Positions 57,358-64,000 of a stretch of 64,000 bases of DNA are shown piece by piece. The DNA comes from Candidatus Gottesmanbacteria bacterium (lineage in GTDB: Bacteria > Patescibacteriota > Microgenomatia > 2-02-FULL-39-11): the NCBI GenBank assembly GCA_016186795.1, contig JACPKY010000002.1, positions 350,748 through 414,747 of the forward strand. Direction: 5' to 3'. The first letter of the stretch is position 1. Each line of letters begins with the position of its first letter. The translations under genes were made by a program, and so were the position numbers. A model generated the notes under the pieces. That model saw only the letters and a list, made by a program, of their open reading frames with translations, was not told the DNA's origin and searched no databases.

Positions 57358-58425
57358 CTAGGTTATCCCCTTAAAAAGTCTATCCAGAGCTGCAAATGCC
57401 CCCTTTCTGTATATCTTATTTGGATTTCCTGGGGGGAAAGGTTTACGCGTTTTATCTAAGGCCTCTTTGAATGAATCGACTGAGTGAATATCCACAACAA
57501 AACAATAAGGCTGAAGAATGGAGGGAAGCCTTTCGTAGAGTCTTTTCGTAACCAATATATAACATTTGCAAGCAATTGCTTCTATTATCTTTGTCTTAAA
57601 TCCCGTACCAAAGTCAGAAAATATTGCGATTGCCCTTGCTTCTCCAAGTAAATCAAACGGTCTCTCAACAACTCCACTCAATTTTACTCTTTTCGGTAAC
57701 GTTTTCCGAAATACATTACTCCCGGTCATTGAAAATGTCCAATCATATTTCTTTGAACCCAATTTCTCTACAAGCTTTATAAAAAATCTTGCTGAGTCTT
57801 TAATGAACTCATTGGGCGATGTCGACATGTAACAAATACACCTTCTTTTTTTCTTTCTGTTTCGGGGAATAAATCGTTCATAGGATTTTGGGAGAAAATA
57901 AGGAAGATATACAATTTTCTTTGCCCCCAGAAATTGCCAGTATTCTTGGGAATCCCACTCTGATATTGATAAGATTTTATCAGAATTTCTTGCGCAGATA
58001 ATATCATCTTTCAATCGTAAAAATCCTTCTTCGAGAGAGCGTATATTTTCCTTTAAAATATTTACAAAACTCCGAGAAAAGGAAACAATGCCTCTTGAGA
58101 GAATCTGATGTAGTCTGTGATAAAATTCTGCGTTGTGCACACGAATATAAAGACGGCAACTTGGAAAATACTTTCTTATATACATCATGGATTGTGGATA
58201 TCGGGAGTATTCGAAGAAGATATGTGTATATTTCCCAAATTGAATGTCTTCTATATTTTCCATCAGAAGTTTATCGGACCGCTCTCTCACCCAATATTCA
58301 TCAACTGGTATTTTCCTTGCTTTAAAATATTCAGTTCTCCCTCGTACGTCTTTCGTACTCCCTAAAAACATATTACTTGGCTTTGTCAATGGTTTATCAA
58401 ATATATGAAGGACTCTCGTTTGCAT
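57358..58425 (-). CDS. Divergent GT4-like glycosyltransferase
   Basis: HNAE, ISEWD and GTGFKTKIIEA motifs. Confidence 0.6.
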   Translation of the reverse strand: MQTRVLHIFDKPLTKPSNMFLGSTKDVRGRTEYFKARKIPVDEYWVRERSDKLLMENIEDIQFGKYTHIFFEYSRYPQSMMYIRKYFPSCRLYIRVHNAEFYHRLHQILSRGIVSFSRSFVNILKENIRSLEEGFLRLKDDIICARNSDKILSISEWDSQEYWQFLGAKKIVYLPYFLPKSYERFIPRNRKKKRRCICYMSTSPNEFIKDSARFFIKLVEKLGSKKYDWTFSMTGSNVFRKTLPKRVKLSGVVERPFDLLGEARAIAIFSDFGTGFKTKIIEAIACKCYILVTKRLYERLPSILQPYCFVVDIHSVDSFKEALDKTRKPFPPGNPNKIYRKGAFAALDRLFKGIT

Positions 58426-58429
58426 ACAA

Positions 58430-60265
58430 TTAATTGCTTCCTTTCTCTACATACCAGTTCCCAATACTTATTCCATCAACCCAACCGTTTATAAGATGTT
58501 CTAAGCAATCTTTGGGAGATGCGACAATTGGTAATCCATGCCTGTTGAAAGATGTATTAAGAAGTACTCCGATACCGGTCTTTCGCTTAAATTCAATCAA
58601 AAGATTGTACACCCATGGATGGAAATTTTTATCCACTACCTCAGGACGCATCGTACCATCGACATGTACAGCTGCAGGGATTGTTTTTTTAGCAAAAGTA
58701 TTTGCCTTGACGATGAATGTCATATATTTATAATTTGCATCTCCTGACCAATATTTATGAGCATCTTCCTTTAGTAGAACTGGTGCAAAGGGAACAAACA
58801 GTTCTCTCCCTTTGAGGATTCGATTAATTCTATCCTTTATCGATATGTCTCGTGGATCAGCAAGGACAGATCGGTTCCCAAGAGTACGGGGCCCCATTTC
58901 AAGTCTTCCTTGGAATGTACCAATTACCTTTCCCTTTGTCAGTTCTTGAGAAAGATGTGATACTGAACCGTTTCTTATCGTTATTGGATATTTCTGTCTG
59001 AAAGATTGAAGGGTTTTCTCAATCTCAGAATCAGTGAATTGTGTCCCCAAAAATGGATTCTCCCAAGCAAGTGAAGAAGTTATAAATCCTTCCTGATACA
59101 GTGCTTCAAGTGCAGCACCAGCTGCAAGACCACTGTCTCCACTATCCGGATAAACAAAAAAAGCTGACGGAGTAAGTCTATTTTTAATAAGTGAATTTCC
59201 TTTCACATTTAGAAATACTCCTCCTGCCGCTGCAATATTTTTGCTCTTTGTTAAATGCATGGCGTCTTTTACGTATTCGAACATACATCTCTCACATACC
59301 TTTTGGGCAAAAAACGCAAGATCTTCTCGGGAGTACGTTTTAAGTAATCTCTCAAAATCTTCTGCCTGAGACACAGATGAAAGTGGATTTGGAACTTTTT
59401 TATCGGGATGGGCAAGATTGAAACTGCGCCACTTCCAGGCAATGTGTGACTTCAATCTCCCATCATGACTTGAAACTATATGATGAAAAGGGTTTTTCTT
59501 CCCTCGAGAGCTCCCAAATGCAGCAAGACCCATTGTTTTATATTCACCATCAACCGGAATAAATCCAAGAGCTTCTGTGACTGCTTGATAAAAAGCTCCA
59601 AGACTATCATCTGCTTTTGATGCCCGCTGAAGGACCATTTGGCCATCTGAAAATCCTTTATAGATTGTTCCGCTCAAGCCATCACCTTTTCCATCAAGAG
59701 TTACTACGCATGCATTTTTAAAGCCAGAGAGCCGAAATGTAGAGGAGGCGTGTGCACGGTGATGGGAGATGTAGTAATAAGAAATCCGAGGATGGAAAAG
59801 ACCTATTTCAGAGAGGAATTTCTCATTGAAAAGATAATGCCGTTTGTAGTATTTTCCCCAATTCTTTTTAATAAGTTCTTCTAATCCTATTCTCCTTTTA
59901 TCATGCATTCCCCATCCAAAATCTTCTAATAAATTTTTCCTCATCCAATCATGAATGATTTGCATTTTGGAGACAATTCTTTTCTTTCTGCCATAAACAT
60001 CAACGATAATACTTCTTTGATATTTGGGATAAAATATACTACTTGAAGTAAATGCAACGATAGAAATATCGGCAGGTGTGAGATTACAAAAGTCTAAAGC
60101 CGCAAGAATAGACTTTTTCGGAAACCCATAATAGTGTTTTATACGAGATATCCTCTCCTCCTGAATAGAGAAGAGAATTCCTTTGGGTGAACAGACACTA
60201 ACAGATGCATCGTGCGCCCAGTGTATTCCTAGTGCATATGGGCCATTGTTATTTACTCGGATCAT
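58430..60265 (-). CDS. O-carbamoyltransferase (NodU/CmcH/TobZ family)
   Basis: HDAS, EERISRIKH, HHRAHA, DGKGD, EYKTMGLA, GGVFLN, EMGPRTLGNRS, RELFVPFAP and LLNTSFN motifs. Confidence 0.92.
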   Translation of the reverse strand: MIRVNNNGPYALGIHWAHDASVSVCSPKGILFSIQEERISRIKHYYGFPKKSILAALDFCNLTPADISIVAFTSSSIFYPKYQRSIIVDVYGRKKRIVSKMQIIHDWMRKNLLEDFGWGMHDKRRIGLEELIKKNWGKYYKRHYLFNEKFLSEIGLFHPRISYYYISHHRAHASSTFRLSGFKNACVVTLDGKGDGLSGTIYKGFSDGQMVLQRASKADDSLGAFYQAVTEALGFIPVDGEYKTMGLAAFGSSRGKKNPFHHIVSSHDGRLKSHIAWKWRSFNLAHPDKKVPNPLSSVSQAEDFERLLKTYSREDLAFFAQKVCERCMFEYVKDAMHLTKSKNIAAAGGVFLNVKGNSLIKNRLTPSAFFVYPDSGDSGLAAGAALEALYQEGFITSSLAWENPFLGTQFTDSEIEKTLQSFRQKYPITIRNGSVSHLSQELTKGKVIGTFQGRLEMGPRTLGNRSVLADPRDISIKDRINRILKGRELFVPFAPVLLKEDAHKYWSGDANYKYMTFIVKANTFAKKTIPAAVHVDGTMRPEVVDKNFHPWVYNLLIEFKRKTGIGVLLNTSFNRHGLPIVASPKDCLEHLINGWVDGISIGNWYVEKGSN

Positions 60266-60268
60266 TCG

Positions 60269-61915
60269 TCATAAATCCTCATGAGGAAATACAAATGGTG
60301 TACCTTTGAGTATTCCGTCACACATAGTTGTAAGACCTGGATATTTTCCTGTTAGCAAATCATGTAGTCCCTCTAAATTCAAAGTAAACGTGAACTTTTC
60401 TTTGGATTCAATGAAAGGTAGTGGAATCATACGTCTGAAAAAGAAATGAAATGCATATTTTTTTGCCATATTTACTTGACGATCTGTTAATTTCTTCTTA
60501 AACGGTAGTTTGTCAAGAATCTTTTTGTACTCTTTTTTACTTGTTACGTCAATAGAAAAGCCTTTATTTCTGATCCATGACTCTCCACATACGATCATGG
60601 GTATTCCAAGTGGGGAAAGTTCAATACCGGTTTTTGTATTGTAGATAATAACGGCATTACACTTTTCCATAACCGCATAAGTACTGATTGTGCTTTCAGG
60701 AGGAATAATTTTTATGTTGGAGGCAAGATGAGGATAGTATTTTTTTATTTCTGAAAGTAATGGCTGTCGAGAAGGAACCAACCCATGTATTTCTGCAGGA
60801 TGAATTCGTATAAGAAGTTGAATACTTTTCCTTTTTGAAAAATATGAAATTGTTGTCAAAACCCAATCTATCATATTATCAAAAGCAACCGAATTGTAAT
60901 GAAGACGTGCATCCCACATAACGTTTGTCAACACCCCAATACAAGGCTTTTTAAAATCTATACCAATGTTGTACTCTATCTTACCAACGTCCTCTAATGG
61001 ATTTTCATGAAACCATATCCAATCAGAAGTACCAGAACGTCTTGAGTAAAGATACGTATCTAACCGTTTTTCAAGTTTTGGAGTTAATTGTAAGTTCTTC
61101 CATACATCCGCTTTCTCCTCTAACATCGTATGATGGTACGTATCACCATGACTAAAAATGAATGTATGGCGCCTGTATGCTGGGTTCCAATTAACAATAC
61201 GTACTTTTTCCCTTCGACAAATCTCGCCAATAATACCTTGTGGGATATAAATACCATGATGAAAACAGGCTATATCATACTTTTTTTTCTTAAGTAAATT
61301 CTGCAAAGCATACGCAGAAAGAAATCCTGCATGGATGTATCTTTTTAGAACATCATTTCCAAAACGCTCTCCTTCAAGATCACCGCGGCCAAAATAGCGA
61401 AGAGTTCCCGCATATGCATGTTCTCCTAAAGCAACATGCTTATACATATACTCATCAACATGAGGCAGTGGCACATTATATGCGTTTGCTCTTGCTTGCT
61501 TTTGCTCTTTCTTACCAACTAACTCACTGTAGTAATGAATAGGAAGACCAAGAGGAGTAAAAACTTTTTTGCCGGCACTTAAACAGGAATCACAAATATT
61601 CAATTGACCTTTTTCTACTAGTTTTTGGGGATCAATTTTTGCAATTTTCGTCATTTGGCATGCCGGTAGAAATTTATCGCAAAGAAGTATATCAACACTG
61701 GCTCCCCGAAGAGTAAGGGAAACGGCCAAAGTACTTTCAAGTACTGTAGCATGGTTATACCCTCCAAGACTTGTTGCTATAAGGACGCGAGGACTTTTTG
61801 CTCTCTTTTTGGCATCTTCCCAATAGGATTTATTTTTTGCAATTATTTTTAACCAATCTACATGGAGATTTTTTCCTCGTCTGTTAAGTTTGGGAAATAT
61901 GGGTATGTCTACCAT
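60269..61915 (-). CDS. Capsule-biosynthesis (KpsS/KpsC-like) protein, candidate ulosonate transferase
   Basis: TNVMWDA, LIRIHPAE and YNTKTGIEL...GIP motifs. Confidence 0.6.
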   Translation of the reverse strand: MVDIPIFPKLNRRGKNLHVDWLKIIAKNKSYWEDAKKRAKSPRVLIATSLGGYNHATVLESTLAVSLTLRGASVDILLCDKFLPACQMTKIAKIDPQKLVEKGQLNICDSCLSAGKKVFTPLGLPIHYYSELVGKKEQKQARANAYNVPLPHVDEYMYKHVALGEHAYAGTLRYFGRGDLEGERFGNDVLKRYIHAGFLSAYALQNLLKKKKYDIACFHHGIYIPQGIIGEICRREKVRIVNWNPAYRRHTFIFSHGDTYHHTMLEEKADVWKNLQLTPKLEKRLDTYLYSRRSGTSDWIWFHENPLEDVGKIEYNIGIDFKKPCIGVLTNVMWDARLHYNSVAFDNMIDWVLTTISYFSKRKSIQLLIRIHPAEIHGLVPSRQPLLSEIKKYYPHLASNIKIIPPESTISTYAVMEKCNAVIIYNTKTGIELSPLGIPMIVCGESWIRNKGFSIDVTSKKEYKKILDKLPFKKKLTDRQVNMAKKYAFHFFFRRMIPLPFIESKEKFTFTLNLEGLHDLLTGKYPGLTTMCDGILKGTPFVFPHEDL

Positions 61916-61916
61916 C

Positions 61917-62819
61917 TTAGGGAAAAAACCTTTTTAGAAATAAAATCAATCTATTCATGTATCCCTTTTTCCGTACGAAATACCAAAACGCCATATAAAA
62001 TCCGATGAAAAAATTGGAATAGATGTGACGTCGGGGAAATAAACTGATAAAAACGATAAGTCCGATCATGTGAGTAAGTACAGGAAACCTCGCCCAAAAG
62101 GGTATTTTCCCATCTTCAAACAAACTCAAGTATTGATGGTGTATTTCATCATCAGCCGTACGTTTTAATTGAAAAAAACGTCGTTTCCACAGATATTTTT
62201 TTACTTGCTTAAACTGTCCCCAAACTGATAATTCCATCAGTACAAGTCTATCTGGCATTAGACAGTAGGGGTAAATACTTGTTCTTCTTAGTATATCTCT
62301 CCGCATAAGGCCATACGCCATATTGCCAACGTTGACCATCTTTTGACAAACAAGTTTTACTCTCTTCATCTTCGGAACTCTTGCTGTATCGAAATCGGAA
62401 AATCGGTATGAGAGTACTTTCCCTTTTTCATTTATAGCCTTTGTACGAGGATATGCAAGAACAACATCTCTATTTTCCTCGAGTATCAAAACTAGGATTT
62501 TAACAAAATTCTTATGCCAGATATCGTGATTTGAACCCCACATAAAGTATTCTCCATGAGTATAGTTAAAGACTTTGCGAAAATTTAAAATCGCACCCCT
62601 GTTTTTATCGCTTTGCAAAATCTTAATTCGTTTATCTTTCCTTGCAAACTCTTTACAAATCGAAAGAGTTGCATCGGTTGATGCATCATCTGAAACGATG
62701 ATTTCAATATGTTTGTATGATTGGGTAACTAATGATTGAAGCGCCTCTCGAATATATGGTTCTCCGTTATACGCTGGTATACCAATTGAGACGAGTTTTT
62801 TGTTATTAATTTTTTTCAT
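61917..62819 (-). CDS. GT2 glycosyltransferase
   Basis: SIGIPAYNGE, SDDASTD and GEYFMW..HD motifs. Confidence 0.85.
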   Translation of the reverse strand: MKKINNKKLVSIGIPAYNGEPYIREALQSLVTQSYKHIEIIVSDDASTDATLSICKEFARKDKRIKILQSDKNRGAILNFRKVFNYTHGEYFMWGSNHDIWHKNFVKILVLILEENRDVVLAYPRTKAINEKGKVLSYRFSDFDTARVPKMKRVKLVCQKMVNVGNMAYGLMRRDILRRTSIYPYCLMPDRLVLMELSVWGQFKQVKKYLWKRRFFQLKRTADDEIHHQYLSLFEDGKIPFWARFPVLTHMIGLIVFISLFPRRHIYSNFFIGFYMAFWYFVRKKGYMNRLILFLKRFFP

Positions 62820-64000
62820 TTATCATTCGTAAACTTTCGATAATATCGGAGGCAGCCTCACCAGCTGAGGTATTGAGACCATAGGGCTGAATATAATTTC
62901 GAATAAAAAGATTTTGTGATTTTTTTAGTTCGTTACCCATCTTTTCTATTCTCTTTATATGCGCTATTGCTTGACCGATGGTATTGGCTTGCAAGTAAAT
63001 ATTTTTCTTTAAGAGATATTGAAAATGAAGAGCTTTTATGGCATTTGTACGTTCATACTCGTGAGGCCGAAGTGCAATAACCGGTTTTCCTATAATGACT
63101 GCATCAATCATTGCGCTTGTATTTATTCCAATAGAACAGATAGCATACTTTAAACTGAGACAAAATTCTTCTATCGCCTCTTTTGTGTCAGCTATTTCAA
63201 AGGAGCGAAAAAGCACTTTCACATTCCTGAGCTTTATTTGTTTAAATATCTCCTGATTTGCTCCATGAGGTCGTACGAGTAGAATTAAATTGCGAATTTC
63301 TTGATTGGGAGATTTTGCAATTTCTCTTGCAAGATTTTTAACAAGCCATGTCTCATCAAATGCAATATTTGCAGAAGATCCAAGATAGATAATATACTGC
63401 TGCCCCTCTTTGATACCTAATTTTCCAAAAAACTGTTTCCGCGTCTGGATCTTTTTACCGATTGTAAACCATTTGTCAAAAAGCGGCGCTCCCATGATTT
63501 TAATTAAAGACGAGGACACTTTATGGATCTGAGTTAATTCCTTCTTATGGATAGAATTCCAGGCTAAAAAAGTTCCTGGTCTCACATGAAAAAGTCCTTT
63601 TGTTGTGAGGTTATCCCAGCTATGAATAGCTATCACTGTCGGAATATTGAGTGCATTTGCTGCTTTTATATATTCGACTTCTTCCGAATAACGCATATTG
63701 ACCGGAGAAGCAACGACCACATGAGGTTTTTTTCCAATTAACTCCTTCATAATCTGACTATCAGGAGGTGCACTTTTTTCCAAAGAATGTAATACTCTCT
63801 CTATGAAATTCGAAGTTATGTATCTCTTAATAAGGCTCAATCGAAAGAGGAAACGAAGTATTCTCGGTTGGTACCCCTCCCATCTTTTAAGGTAAAATCC
63901 TGGATAACTTTTTTGTTTACAGTAGTATATATATGTTAATAACTCTCGGGACGGAAAAAGAATTTTTCTCCATAAATCGTCTCTTCGTTTAAGCCAACCA
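62806..64000 (-). CDS. GT-B-like protein (glycerophosphotransferase/ulosonate-transferase-like); 5' end outside the window
   Basis: SWDNLTTKG, VRPHG and NTSAMIDA motifs; the frame has no stop from 63840 to the window end. Confidence 0.55.
   Translation of the reverse strand, partial: GWLKRRDDLWRKILFPSRELLTYIYYCKQKSYPGFYLKRWEGYQPRILRFLFRLSLIKRYITSNFIERVLHSLEKSAPPDSQIMKELIGKKPHVVVASPVNMRYSEEVEYIKAANALNIPTVIAIHSWDNLTTKGLFHVRPGTFLAWNSIHKKELTQIHKVSSSLIKIMGAPLFDKWFTIGKKIQTRKQFFGKLGIKEGQQYIIYLGSSANIAFDETWLVKNLAREIAKSPNQEIRNLILLVRPHGANQEIFKQIKLRNVKVLFRSFEIADTKEAIEEFCLSLKYAICSIGINTSAMIDAVIIGKPVIALRPHEYERTNAIKALHFQYLLKKNIYLQANTIGQAIAHIKRIEKMGNELKKSQNLFIRNYIQPYGLNTSAGEAASDIIESLRMINEKN

Overview
Gene-dense, almost entirely minus-strand window. 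The gene families and the compact layout with no evident Shine-Dalgarno sites suggest a CPR/Patescibacteria genome, probably Microgenomates-like; this is an inference, not a database result. 1-5.4 kb holds a reduced dcw cluster (mraZ-rsmH-ftsL-ftsI-murE-pgeF-murC') with 10-bp-periodic MraZ boxes. 5.5-10.2 kb holds a PilM-like/LytR_C fusion, an MBL hydrolase, a membrane protein, a homodimeric glycyl-tRNA synthetase and recO. Between recO and glyQS is a very compact T-box riboswitch: consensus promoter, ultrashort K-turn Stem I with a GGC specifier in its terminal loop, no Stem II, then Stem III, antiterminator and intrinsic terminator. 10.2-64 kb is one surface-glycosylation locus of more than 50 kb that continues past the window end. 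It encodes DUF4012, a priming phosphoglycosyltransferase, ManC, many GT2/GT4 enzymes, GT10, GT11, a Wzx flippase, about seven GT-C-like membrane proteins (one fused to an O-antigen-ligase-like domain), two independent transketolase systems, methyl-, acyl- and carbamoyl-transferases, and an unusual ulosonic-acid module (NANS-like NeuB, PtmA-like SDR, aldehyde dehydrogenase, NeuA, fused transketolase). No rRNA, tRNA, CRISPR array or mobile element was seen. All family calls come from motif recognition by eye.
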